NCBI GenBank assembly: GCA_003554785.1 | Contig: PWHG01000057.1 | Coordinates: 1-57,677 of the forward strand | Length of the DNA stretch: 57,677 nucleotides | Origin: Candidatus Falkowbacteria bacterium | GTDB lineage: Bacteria; Patescibacteriota; Patescibacteriia; Patescibacteriales; UBA12465 | Reading direction: 5' to 3' | Shown: piece by piece, positions 8,522 to 17,812 of the stretch | Position numbering within the stretch: position 1 is the stretch's first letter | Layout: every line of letters begins with the position of its first letter | Notes under the pieces: generated by a model | Seen by the model: only the letters and a program-made list of their open reading frames with translations | Told to the model about the DNA's origin: nothing | The model's database searches: none | Program-made: the position numbers and the translations under genes

Positions 8522-9748
8522 TTAAATTCTACCTCTCCATTTTTCTGCCTTTAAAATTCTTTTAATAGCTATCATATAAGCGGCTTGCCTAAGAGATATT
8601 TTGCTGTTGAATGAATTGTAATAATTAAAAACCTCCTCCCAACTATTGTTCATTTTCTTTTCAAGCAAGTTTTCTAAATAATTGTTATCTAAAATTTGAC
8701 CAACTTTATTTTGTCCCCATTCAAAATAACTAGCGACTACTCCACCGGCATTGGTTAAAACATCTGGTATTACTAAAATATTATTTTCTTCCAATATTTT
8801 ATCAGCCAAATAATTAACCGGTCCATTGGCTAGCTCTAAGATATAATTAGCTTTAACGTCTTTGGCATTTTCTTCAGTGATTTGATCCTCTAGGGCAGCT
8901 AAAGCTAGAATGTCAGTTTCTAAAGTTAAAAGATGATCGTTTTCTATATTCTCTGCTTTTGTATAATCTTTTAAACTATTACCATTTTGTTTAAATTCTA
9001 TTAACTCTTCAACATCTAAACCTTCTTCATTGTAAACTCCTCCTTGGCTATCACTAATTGCTATAACTAAACAATTGTTATGATTTAGTTTTTTAGCTAA
9101 ATAAGCTCCAGCATTACCAAAACCTTGAATTACTACTTTTACCTTATTTTTCTTAGATAGAAAATTATTAATTACTTGATTGGCAACATAATAAGCGCCT
9201 TGTGCGGTGGCATCTTTTCTGATTTCCAGTCCTCCTAGTTCTATAGGTTTACCGGTTATCATACCGGGTTGATGAAAATTATTTATTTTTTCAAATTCAT
9301 CAAGCATCCAGGCCATAACTTGAGAGTTAGTGTAAACATCAGGAGCTGGTATATCTTTATTGTCACCTAAAAACTCGTGAAAGGCTTGAATATAGCCACG
9401 ACTAAGAGCTTCTAATTCTTTTTCATCTAAACCTTTAGGATTAATTTTTATACCTCCTTTAGCTCCACCATAAGGTAAATTAAGAAGTGAAGTTTTAAGA
9501 GTCATCCAAAAGGCTAAAGACTGAACTTCACTCTCAGATACATCTTCATGAAAGCGGATTCCTCCTTTTCCTGGACCCAATGTGTTGTTGTAAATTACCC
9601 GCCAAGCTGGATATTTTTTGCCATTAAGGCTAATATCTGCTTTTTTAGTTTGAATCGGTTTTGATAATAATTCTACCTCTCTTTCATTTAAATTAAGTAA
9701 AGCTTTTATATCATCAAGTCTTTTTTGATTATCAGTTTTTGTTTCCAT
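8522..9748 (-). CDS. gdhA: Glutamate (Glu/Leu/Phe/Val) dehydrogenase
   Basis: GPGKGGIRFH, LPYGGAKGG, DIPAPDV, QGFGNAG, ELANGP, NAGGVVASYFEW. Confidence 0.92.
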   Translation of the reverse strand: METKTDNQKRLDDIKALLNLNEREVELLSKPIQTKKADISLNGKKYPAWRVIYNNTLGPGKGGIRFHEDVSESEVQSLAFWMTLKTSLLNLPYGGAKGGIKINPKGLDEKELEALSRGYIQAFHEFLGDNKDIPAPDVYTNSQVMAWMLDEFEKINNFHQPGMITGKPIELGGLEIRKDATAQGAYYVANQVINNFLSKKNKVKVVIQGFGNAGAYLAKKLNHNNCLVIAISDSQGGVYNEEGLDVEELIEFKQNGNSLKDYTKAENIENDHLLTLETDILALAALEDQITEENAKDVKANYILELANGPVNYLADKILEENNILVIPDVLTNAGGVVASYFEWGQNKVGQILDNNYLENLLEKKMNNSWEEVFNYYNSFNSKISLRQAAYMIAIKRILKAEKWRGRI

Positions 9749-9749
9749 A

Positions 9750-10082
9750 TTAACTTAATGATTGTTCAATTTCTTCTTTTAGAGCATCTTTGCTTTTCAT
9801 ACCAACAAATTCACCAATAACCTCACCATCTTTAAATAGTTTTAAGTTAGGAATACTTTGAACCTCATATTTAGCCGCTAATTCTTGATTATCAGCTTCT
9901 TCAGTATTAATTTTAACTACTTTAATTTCCTTTTCCATATCTTGGGCTAGTTCATCTAGAACTGGTGCCATCATGCGACAAGGCATGCACCATGAAGCCC
10001 AAAAATCAACTAAGACCGGTTTATCACTTTTTAAAACCTCGGCGTCAAAGTTTTCTTTTTTTAAGTCAATTGCTTTAGACAT
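9750..10082 (-). CDS. trxA: Thioredoxin
   Basis: VDFWASWCMPC, QSIP, 110 aa. Confidence 0.95.
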   Translation of the reverse strand: MSKAIDLKKENFDAEVLKSDKPVLVDFWASWCMPCRMMAPVLDELAQDMEKEIKVVKINTEEADNQELAAKYEVQSIPNLKLFKDGEVIGEFVGMKSKDALKEEIEQSLS

Positions 10083-10132
10083 ATTTTTTGCATTTTTATT
10101 AAAAACTTTTTTAAAGTAGATTAATAAAAATC

Positions 10133-10378
10133 TTATTTTTTTAGTATTTCTTTTATAATTAATTCTAATTTATCCTTATTTTCTTTTTTTCCATCATCAA
10201 GCAAACACTCCTTTAGTTCGTCTTGAATAATTTTTTCAGATAAAGAAGAAAGGGCAGAGCGAATTGCTTTCAATTGAATTATTTTTTGAAAACAATCATA
10301 ACTTGAAGAGCTAGTATTTTTTTTAAAAGCTTCAAGTTGTCCAATAATATTATTTATTCTTTGCTCATTTGTTTTCAT
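10133..10378 (-). CDS. CsoR/RcnR/CstR-family repressor
   Basis: RINNIIGQL..DC...IIQLKAIRSAL...ELKEC, 81 aa. Confidence 0.85.
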   Translation of the reverse strand: MKTNEQRINNIIGQLEAFKKNTSSSSYDCFQKIIQLKAIRSALSSLSEKIIQDELKECLLDDGKKENKDKLELIIKEILKK

Positions 10379-10384
10379 AACCCA

Positions 10385-10413
10385 ACACTAGCATACACCC
10401 TCCCAGGGTGTCA
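10385..10413 (-). promoter_or_regulatory. Promoter with CsoR-type operator ACACCCT-CCC-AGGGTGT (10395-10411)
   Basis: G/C-tract palindrome overlapping TTGACA; TGcTAGTGT -10 lies 6 nt before the ATG. Confidence 0.7.
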
Positions 10414-10417
10414 AGGG

Positions 10418-11098
10418 TTAATCTTTTTTAAGCTCTATCCAGAGGTTATATTTATCTTCTTCTAAGCTTTTAATTTTAAATCCGGCGCTTTTAGCTAGGT
10501 TTTTTAAGCTTTTTTTGGAAAAAGCATGATAATATCTGGTAACTAGATTTTTTCCTTGATCTTTTTTCCAGGGAAACAATACATCGCCAAATTCTACTGG
10601 TTTTTTAAATAGTTTTTTAAAATAGGTTTTAAATACTAACAATGTTTTGCTTTTTCTTAGATTCCAGACGCTGATAATAATTTTTCCATTAGTATTTAAT
10701 CGTGATTTTATTTTTTTTAAAACTTCTAAGCGTTTTTCTTTGCTTGGTATATGATGAATAACGGCAATGGCAAAAATATAATCAAATTTTTCCTCTGGCA
10801 TTTCGTCAAAATTGCAAAGCTCAAATTTATGACTAGGCCAGTTTTTTCTAGCAATTTCAATTAATTGTTTTTCTTGATCACAACCCAGATAATCTATTTT
10901 TCTGTTATTAAAAGCTTTAAGCAGTCTTGCATTTCCACAACCTAAGTCTAAAATTTTAGAGTTTTCCGGCACTGCATCAGCCTTCTTTTGTAATTGTGGC
11001 CAGATAACTTTTTGTCTTGTTAAATTAAACTCAAAAGCAGTTTCTTGATAGCTATTTTTTACAATTTCTTCTAAATATTTTTTAGTTGACTCTTTCAT
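10418..11098 (-). CDS. Class I SAM methyltransferase, Trm9/ALKBH8-like
   Basis: F..TR...WP, LDLGCGN, IAVIHHI, ISVW, DVLFPWK, RYYHAF. Confidence 0.8.
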   Translation of the reverse strand: MKESTKKYLEEIVKNSYQETAFEFNLTRQKVIWPQLQKKADAVPENSKILDLGCGNARLLKAFNNRKIDYLGCDQEKQLIEIARKNWPSHKFELCNFDEMPEEKFDYIFAIAVIHHIPSKEKRLEVLKKIKSRLNTNGKIIISVWNLRKSKTLLVFKTYFKKLFKKPVEFGDVLFPWKKDQGKNLVTRYYHAFSKKSLKNLAKSAGFKIKSLEEDKYNLWIELKKD

Positions 11099-11099
11099 A

Positions 11100-12872
11100 T
11101 TAATAATTTCCTAAAAATTGTCTCTTTTTATTGTTTTCAGTCTTAAGAGTTTTACCTTGCATACAATTATCACAAACACCACAGTTTTTACTATTTCTTT
11201 CTCCAAAATAGTTTAGGATATAGACTTGTCGGCACATTTTTGTATAGACATAATTTTCTATTAAATCTAATTTTTCATAGGCTTTTCTAGCTTTTTCTTT
11301 TAATTTCTCCAAAGTTGGCATTAGCTCTTCTGGTTCCACTCTTTTAATTATTTTAATTTCCGTACCTCTAAAGGGTGGTCTAAATTCAATTAAGTTTTTT
11401 TCTGCTAAACTTTTAATTGCTCGCAGAAGTGAGTTTTTTTCCATTTTAAAGATTACAGCCGCTTCATCTAGAGAAAATTGCCAACCACTATCTACTTCTT
11501 GGCTTAATCTATCTTCAATTACCTCTAAAACCTTTTTTTGATTTTTAGCTCTATTGCTAACTTGTTCTTTAACTTCTTTGAAGTCAACTTTCTTTTTTAA
11601 AAAGGCGTTAGCCCTTCTTTCATTGGGGCGGCTTATGTAGTTTTCTTTTTCAAGTATTTTAAGGCAAGTTCCAATCGCCATTTCTGGAACTGATACTTCC
11701 ATATTTTTAGTAATTTCTGAGTAGGTAAATAAAAGATTATCTTGACCATATTCTTTTTCTTCATCCATTTGAAGAAGTAGGTCATAGACACTCATGACTG
11801 TGTCTGGACTGGGATTATCTCCTTGAATAAAGAATTCTTGTAAATATCTATCAGTTGCTGAGTGAAAAAGTAAACAGAAACTATCTTTCCCATCTCTTCC
11901 AGCTCTTCCGGCTTCTTGGTAATAGGCTTCAATTGTACCTGGTATATCGTAGTGAATAACAAAACGAATATTTTGCTTATTAATACCTAAACCAAAAGCA
12001 TTGGTGGCAACCACTACATCGGCTTCACTTTTCATAAACTGTTCTTGTACCCAAGATCTACTATCTGCATCTAGTCCAGCGTGATACTCAACTGCTTTAA
12101 TATTGAATTCATTTAAATAACTAACAATCTCTTCAGCTTTAGCTCTGGTGCCAACATAAATAATTCCGGTGCCTAATTCCGGGCCTTTGAAAAGTTGTAA
12201 AATTTTACTCATTTTCTGTCCACCAGAAACAGAAAGACTGGCAAAATGTAAATTTGGACGAGAGAAACCACTAACTATTAAATTAACATCTTTTAAATCT
12301 AATTGCTTTATAATATCTTCTCTAACTTCCTTAGTAGCAGTAGCTGTAAGAGCTAAAACTGGTGGCCTGCCAACTAAATCAATTGCATCTTTTAAACGAA
12401 TATAGCTAGGTCTAAAATCATGACCCCATTGACTTATACAATGAGCTTCATCAATAGCAAAAAGTGAGACTTTTAAAGTCTTTAATTGTTTTAAAAAAAC
12501 TTGACTATAGAAACGCTCAGGAGCAATATATATTAAACGATATTGTCCTGATTTCATATTTTCTAGTCTTTTTTCTATTTCTTTTGGACTAAGGGTTGAG
12601 TTAATATAAGTTGCTGGGATGCCGACATTATCTAAGGAATCAACCTGATCTTTCATTAAAGAAATAAGTGGTGATACTACTATAGTTATACCTTCTAAAA
12701 CTAAAGCTGGTAATTGATAAATCATTGATTTTCCGCCACCAGTTGGCAAAACGGCTACTGTATCTTGATTATTTAAAACACTATCAATAGCTTTTTCTTG
12801 ACCAGGACGAAAATTTTCATAATTAAAATGAATTTTTAGAAGTTCAATTATTTGTTTCTTTTTAACTATCAT
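11100..12872 (-). CDS. recQ: RecQ-family helicase without HRDC
   Basis: PTGGGKS, DEAHCISQWGHDFRP, QEAGRAGRDG, CR..ILNYFGE..CGVCDNC. Confidence 0.92.
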   Translation of the reverse strand: MIVKKKQIIELLKIHFNYENFRPGQEKAIDSVLNNQDTVAVLPTGGGKSMIYQLPALVLEGITIVVSPLISLMKDQVDSLDNVGIPATYINSTLSPKEIEKRLENMKSGQYRLIYIAPERFYSQVFLKQLKTLKVSLFAIDEAHCISQWGHDFRPSYIRLKDAIDLVGRPPVLALTATATKEVREDIIKQLDLKDVNLIVSGFSRPNLHFASLSVSGGQKMSKILQLFKGPELGTGIIYVGTRAKAEEIVSYLNEFNIKAVEYHAGLDADSRSWVQEQFMKSEADVVVATNAFGLGINKQNIRFVIHYDIPGTIEAYYQEAGRAGRDGKDSFCLLFHSATDRYLQEFFIQGDNPSPDTVMSVYDLLLQMDEEKEYGQDNLLFTYSEITKNMEVSVPEMAIGTCLKILEKENYISRPNERRANAFLKKKVDFKEVKEQVSNRAKNQKKVLEVIEDRLSQEVDSGWQFSLDEAAVIFKMEKNSLLRAIKSLAEKNLIEFRPPFRGTEIKIIKRVEPEELMPTLEKLKEKARKAYEKLDLIENYVYTKMCRQVYILNYFGERNSKNCGVCDNCMQGKTLKTENNKKRQFLGNY

Positions 12873-13675
12873 TTACTTCGTTGATTATTTCGTCGACGAT
12901 GTATTTCTAAAACATTTTTAAATAAAAAAGCGATTGTCATCGGACCAATACCACCTGGTACTGGAGTGATATAGCTAGCATGATCTTCTAAGTCAGAAAA
13001 ATCACAATCTCCATAAACCTTTTTTTCTAGTTTTGTGATGCCAATGTCAATAACTACTACTCCTTTTTTAAGCATATCTTTTTTAAGATATTTTGGTTTA
13101 CCTTTTGCAGTTACAACTACATCCGCTTTTTTTAAATCTTTTTTATCTAAAATTTTTAAATTAAAATTTTCTAAAACTTTTTTTGCTTCTTGACCAAAAA
13201 TTTCGGAATTATATAAAACACAAACGGTTTTATAATTTTCATCTAAACCAATTTCTTCAAGAGAGGCTCCAATAGCAGCCATTACTGGGGAAATAATATA
13301 ATCAGGGTGATCTAAGCGAAAACCATCAACATCTTTTCTTTTATCAATTGCATTTATTATCTTTTCAGTTGAAAATTTCTCCGGTAGTGGCAGTTGTACT
13401 AAAATACCATCAATTAAATTATCTTGGTTTAAAAACTCTATTACTTTAATTAACTCAGCTTCATCTACATCTTTTTCAATCTTATAGGTGTGGGTATCAA
13501 TACCGACTTTTTTTGCTTCTTTTTCTTTTAATTTAACATAAAGCTCTGAGTCTTCTCTGTCACCCACTAAAATAATAGCTAAATTTGGTCTTGTTTTAGA
13601 AAAACTAGCTATTTGCTTAACTAAATCATCTTTTATTTTTTCAGCAATTTTTTGTCCATCAATTTTTTTAGCCAT
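12869..13675 (-). CDS. folD: Methylene-THF dehydrogenase/cyclohydrolase, short form
   Basis: YVKLK, GILVQLPLP, KDVDGF, ITPVPGGIGPMT. Confidence 0.92.
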   Translation of the reverse strand: MAKKIDGQKIAEKIKDDLVKQIASFSKTRPNLAIILVGDREDSELYVKLKEKEAKKVGIDTHTYKIEKDVDEAELIKVIEFLNQDNLIDGILVQLPLPEKFSTEKIINAIDKRKDVDGFRLDHPDYIISPVMAAIGASLEEIGLDENYKTVCVLYNSEIFGQEAKKVLENFNLKILDKKDLKKADVVVTAKGKPKYLKKDMLKKGVVVIDIGITKLEKKVYGDCDFSDLEDHASYITPVPGGIGPMTIAFLFKNVLEIHRRRNNQRSK

Positions 13676-13677
13676 AA

Positions 13678-14919
13678 TTAATATGCAAGTGGAAATTTTT
13701 TACACAAAAATTTTACTCTATCTTTTATTTTATTTAATTTTTCATCATTATCTTTTTCTTTTAAGCTTTGATCTATTAACTCTACTACTTCTTGCATTTC
13801 TTTTTCTTTTAAGTCTCTAGTGGTTAAGGCGGCGCTACCTAGTCTTAAACCTGATGGATTAAAAGGTGGACTAGGGTCATTGGGGATAGTTGAACGAGAA
13901 ACTGATATACCTACCTTTTCTAAGGTTTTTTCAGCTTCTCTCCCAGAAATGTTTTTATTTCTTAAATCTAAAATAAATAGATGATTATCAGTTCCTCCGC
14001 TAACCACCTGGTAGTCTAAGTTTTTAAATCCTTCTACTAAAGCTTTAGCATTTTTTATAACTTGTTTTGAATAATATTTAAACTCTAAACTTAGAGCTTC
14101 TTTAAAGCAAACTGCTTTAGCTGCGGTTACGTGGTCATGAGGCCCGCCTTGAATACCAGGAAAAACCGCTCTATCAATTTGTTTAGCATATTTTTCTTTA
14201 CACATTATAATAGCTCCTCTGGGACCACGAAGAGTTTTATGAGTAGTAGTGGTAACTACATCAAAAATTTCTACTGGATTTTTTAAGAGTCCTGCAGCTA
14301 CTAGACCTGCAATATGGGCAATATCGGCAAAAGTATAGGCCTTGATTTCATTGGCAATTGATTGAAAGGCTTCCCAGTCAATTTCACGAGAGTAGGCACT
14401 GAAACCGGCAATAATCATTTTTGGTTTTTCTTTTAAAGCAATTTTTCTAACTTCATCCATATCAATTAGACCACTTTTTTCATTTACACCATATTGTACA
14501 AAGTCATATAAACGGCCTGAGAAGTTTACCTGATGGCCGTGAGATAAATGACCACCATGATCTAACTTTAAGCCCAAGACCTTATCATTTGGCTCCAGTA
14601 GCGCCATATAGACTGCTAGATTGGCTGGAGAGCCAGACAATGGCTGTACGTTTACATGTTCTGCATTAAATAATTTTTTAGCTCTTTTTATAGCTAAGTT
14701 TTCTATCTTATCAACTACTTGGTTGCCACCATAATATCTTTTCTCGGGATAGCCTTCACTGTATTTATTAGTTAAAACAGAAGACATAGCCTCTAGCACA
14801 GCTAGAGAAACATAATTTTCTGAAGCAATTAATTCTAACTCATTTTGCTGTCTTTTTAGTTCTTGATTGATTATAGAGCTTGCTTCTTTGTCAATTTTGT
14901 TTAATTTTTTTGCACGCAT
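13678..14919 (-). CDS. glyA: Serine hydroxymethyltransferase
   Basis: LELIASEN, NKYSEGYP, GGHLSHG, TTTHKTLRGPRG. Confidence 0.97.
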   Translation of the reverse strand: MRAKKLNKIDKEASSIINQELKRQQNELELIASENYVSLAVLEAMSSVLTNKYSEGYPEKRYYGGNQVVDKIENLAIKRAKKLFNAEHVNVQPLSGSPANLAVYMALLEPNDKVLGLKLDHGGHLSHGHQVNFSGRLYDFVQYGVNEKSGLIDMDEVRKIALKEKPKMIIAGFSAYSREIDWEAFQSIANEIKAYTFADIAHIAGLVAAGLLKNPVEIFDVVTTTTHKTLRGPRGAIIMCKEKYAKQIDRAVFPGIQGGPHDHVTAAKAVCFKEALSLEFKYYSKQVIKNAKALVEGFKNLDYQVVSGGTDNHLFILDLRNKNISGREAEKTLEKVGISVSRSTIPNDPSPPFNPSGLRLGSAALTTRDLKEKEMQEVVELIDQSLKEKDNDEKLNKIKDRVKFLCKKFPLAY

Positions 14920-14943
14920 ATTTTTAATCCTAATTAAATAGCT

Positions 14944-16593
14944 TTACTTTGTCAAAACTTTTATCATATAGCTTTTTACTAGCCGATAATTTAATTGACG
15001 ATAATAACCTCTTACTCCAACTCCAGAAATAACGGCTATTTTTTTAGCCTTATTTAAAACCGCAATTTCTTGAGCTTTTTTCATTAACATTTTACCCAAT
15101 CCTTGATGTTGAGTTTTTTTGTTTTTTTCTCCAACTGGCACTAATTGGCCATATACATGAAGTTCTCTTACAATTGCTTTAGCAATCGGACTGTTTTCAT
15201 CAATTCGCAAACGACAAAAGCCATACAATGTTTTTTTATCTAAACTATTGATGCTAATAAAATATTCTGCTCCTTGAGAAGATAAATATTTATCCATATC
15301 AAGCCGATATTTCTTAACTTGTTTTTCTCTAGCTTCACGGCAACGAATACATCTACACTTAACCCCACCTTCTTTCATGATTTGTCTTAAGTTAGTAATT
15401 TTATTGCCAGCAATAATTGATTCACCTGGTATATCTCTAATTAATCTAATAATTCTTACATAAATAGGAACTTCGGCCTTACAGTCAATAATTAATTTCT
15501 TTAAGGTTTCATCTGAATATGGTTTATATTTACCTTGCTTGTACCATCTGTAGAGCAAACTATTTTTAGTAACAACAGTTGGATAAAACTTAATTTGATC
15601 TGGTTGCCACCTTTGATCAGAAAACAAGTCTTTAAACATAGCTAAATCTTTTTTAGCTGAAGATCCTGGTAGTCCAGGCATTAAATGATAGGTTAACTTA
15701 AAACCATAGTTTTTAAGTAATTTACTGGCTCTGGCTATTTCATCTACCCCATGACCTCGTTTGTTTAGCTTTAAAATCTTATCATCTATTGCTTGAACAC
15801 CAATTTCCACTCTAGTACAACCCATTTCCCGCATTCTCATTATTTCTTTTTCATCAATAAAGTCTGGTCTAGTTTCTAAGGTTAAGCCAATTATTTTATA
15901 ACTAGATTTTTCATTTTTATTTTGTTCTTTTTTTAATAAAGTTTTTAGCTCTTTTAGGGATAAGTTTTGTTTAAAGGGTGATTTAATTTTTTGTTTAAAA
16001 GCCTGAGACCAATCATTTTTTTGATTTTTTTTAATTTTTAAATAATCATTGCAAGCTCTATAGCAGTTAAGTATATACCAATATTGATATTTTTCTGGCA
16101 AATTGCTCCAAGTTCCACCAATTACAATTAACTCAATTTTATTGGGTTCATGTCCGATTCTTTCCAGGGCCATTAACCTTAATATTACCTGTTTAAAAGG
16201 ATTATAGTCACAACGAATAGCCCGCATTACTGCTGGCTCATTGGAAAGATAACTAACTGGCACTTCCTTTTCTGTGGGGCAATAAGCACAATTGCCAGGA
16301 CATGGATATGGTTTAGTTAAAACCGCTACTGGCGCAATTCCAGACATAGTTCTAATAGCTCTTTTTCTTATTAATCTCTCAAACTCAGGGTTTTTCTCAA
16401 TTTTTCTAGTTTCTAGCAAATAATTATAATAATCTAAAAGATCAGAATTAAGTAAATTATCTATTTTATGTTTTTTTATAATTTCTCTTTTTTTGGCAGC
16501 TAGAGCCTGGCTATCTTTAATTAAGTTAAGCTTAAAATTGAAAAAATCTCTAATTGCCTCATCTTTATTTGTTTGTGAAATATTTTTTTTCAT
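14944..16593 (-). CDS. elp3: Elp3-type tRNA U34 carboxymethylase (radical SAM + KAT)
   Basis: RTMSGIAPVAV, CPGNCAYCP, ETRPD, RLIRDIP, CRCIRCRE, RELHVYG, QHQGLG, VISGVGVRGYY. Confidence 0.93.
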   Translation of the reverse strand: MKKNISQTNKDEAIRDFFNFKLNLIKDSQALAAKKREIIKKHKIDNLLNSDLLDYYNYLLETRKIEKNPEFERLIRKRAIRTMSGIAPVAVLTKPYPCPGNCAYCPTEKEVPVSYLSNEPAVMRAIRCDYNPFKQVILRLMALERIGHEPNKIELIVIGGTWSNLPEKYQYWYILNCYRACNDYLKIKKNQKNDWSQAFKQKIKSPFKQNLSLKELKTLLKKEQNKNEKSSYKIIGLTLETRPDFIDEKEIMRMREMGCTRVEIGVQAIDDKILKLNKRGHGVDEIARASKLLKNYGFKLTYHLMPGLPGSSAKKDLAMFKDLFSDQRWQPDQIKFYPTVVTKNSLLYRWYKQGKYKPYSDETLKKLIIDCKAEVPIYVRIIRLIRDIPGESIIAGNKITNLRQIMKEGGVKCRCIRCREAREKQVKKYRLDMDKYLSSQGAEYFISINSLDKKTLYGFCRLRIDENSPIAKAIVRELHVYGQLVPVGEKNKKTQHQGLGKMLMKKAQEIAVLNKAKKIAVISGVGVRGYYRQLNYRLVKSYMIKVLTK

Positions 16594-16683
16594 TTTTTTA
16601 TTTGCTTTTAAGTTTCTTTTTTCCTATAATTTTTAATGTAGATTAAGATTAACATATAAATATTAAAAATTAAACAAGAATTT

Positions 16684-17811
16684 ATGAAAAAAATCAATCT
16701 TGTATATATTATTTTAGCTTTATTTTTGTTAATAGCTATTCCGGTTAGTGTAAAAGCTATAAATTGGCAAAATGAGGAAAATATAATTATTTCAGAAGGT
16801 GAAACCGTTGATGGTAATTTATATTTTTTCTCAGAAGAAGTAGTTGTTGATGGGAATGTAAATGGTGACTTAATTGGAGTCACTAATAATTTAACTGTAA
16901 ATGGTAGAGTTGAGGGTGACGTGCTCGCAATTGTACAAAATCTTAATTTCACTGGCGAAGTAGTCGGTAATATTCGTCTAATTGGCAATGAAGTTAATAT
17001 TAAAGGTTCTATAGGAAGAAACCTTAATCTTATAGGTACCAATGTTTTTTTATCTAACAATAATAAAATTAACTGGGATGCTTTAATTTTGGCTAATAAT
17101 CTAGATATGAGAGGAGAAATCGCCGGTAATTTATATGGATTAACAAATAGTAGTTTTTTAAATGGAGAAATTAAAAGAGATGTTAATATTATAATTAGAA
17201 ACAAGGAAGAGGGCTTGGTTTTAGGGGAAAGTTTGAAAATAGGCAATAATTTATTCTATCGCTCAGCTAATAAGGCTAACACTTCACCAGAAGCCAGTAT
17301 AGCTGGTGATACAGAATTTAAAGAATTAGCTAAAAAAAATGTCTATCAATTTATTTGGTCCTTGATTTATGGAATTTTTTCAGCGATTTTAATTGGTTTA
17401 CTCTTAATTCATTTATTTAAAAAACCATTTCGACAAAGCAGTGAAAATATATACCAAAAACCGTTCCTGAGTTTAGCTTGGGGAACCCTTTTTGTTATTA
17501 TTCTACCAATTATTTTAATTATTTTAGCCTTTACTGTTATTGGTTTACAATTGGCTTTAATTTTATTATTTATATGGCTAGCTATAATTTTAAGTTCAAA
17601 AGTAATTTTTGCCTACTTTGTTGGTAGACTTTTGTTTAATAAAATAATTAAAAAACCAAAAACTCAAGCTATATGGAAAATGATATTTGGGATTATTATA
17701 GCCTGGATTCTTTTTTCTTTACCTTTTATTGGTTCATTTTTACTATTTTTAGCTACTTTGCTTGGTTTTGGTAGTTTTTTCCTATACCTTAAAAATTTAA
17801 ATCAATCTTAA
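16684..17811 (+). CDS. Membrane protein with beta-helical (bactofilin-like) repeats and C-terminal TM helices
   Basis: Signal peptide, repeated V.G.V.G(D/N)L units, about 5 hydrophobic helices. Confidence 0.7.
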   Translation: MKKINLVYIILALFLLIAIPVSVKAINWQNEENIIISEGETVDGNLYFFSEEVVVDGNVNGDLIGVTNNLTVNGRVEGDVLAIVQNLNFTGEVVGNIRLIGNEVNIKGSIGRNLNLIGTNVFLSNNNKINWDALILANNLDMRGEIAGNLYGLTNSSFLNGEIKRDVNIIIRNKEEGLVLGESLKIGNNLFYRSANKANTSPEASIAGDTEFKELAKKNVYQFIWSLIYGIFSAILIGLLLIHLFKKPFRQSSENIYQKPFLSLAWGTLFVIILPIILIILAFTVIGLQLALILLFIWLAIILSSKVIFAYFVGRLLFNKIIKKPKTQAIWKMIFGIIIAWILFSLPFIGSFLLFLATLLGFGSFFLYLKNLNQS

Positions 17812-17812
17812 T

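Noticed and set aside
14920-14943. Folate/ZTP/glycine riboswitch before glyA-folD
   Set aside because: A 24-nt AT-rich gap with no room or structure.
16608-17246. 212-aa antisense ORF, and the other short antisense ORFs in the track (e.g. 1468-1824, 18136-18612, 46216-46461, 57064-57285)
   Set aside because: They overlap well-supported genes on the opposite strand and show no motifs of their own.
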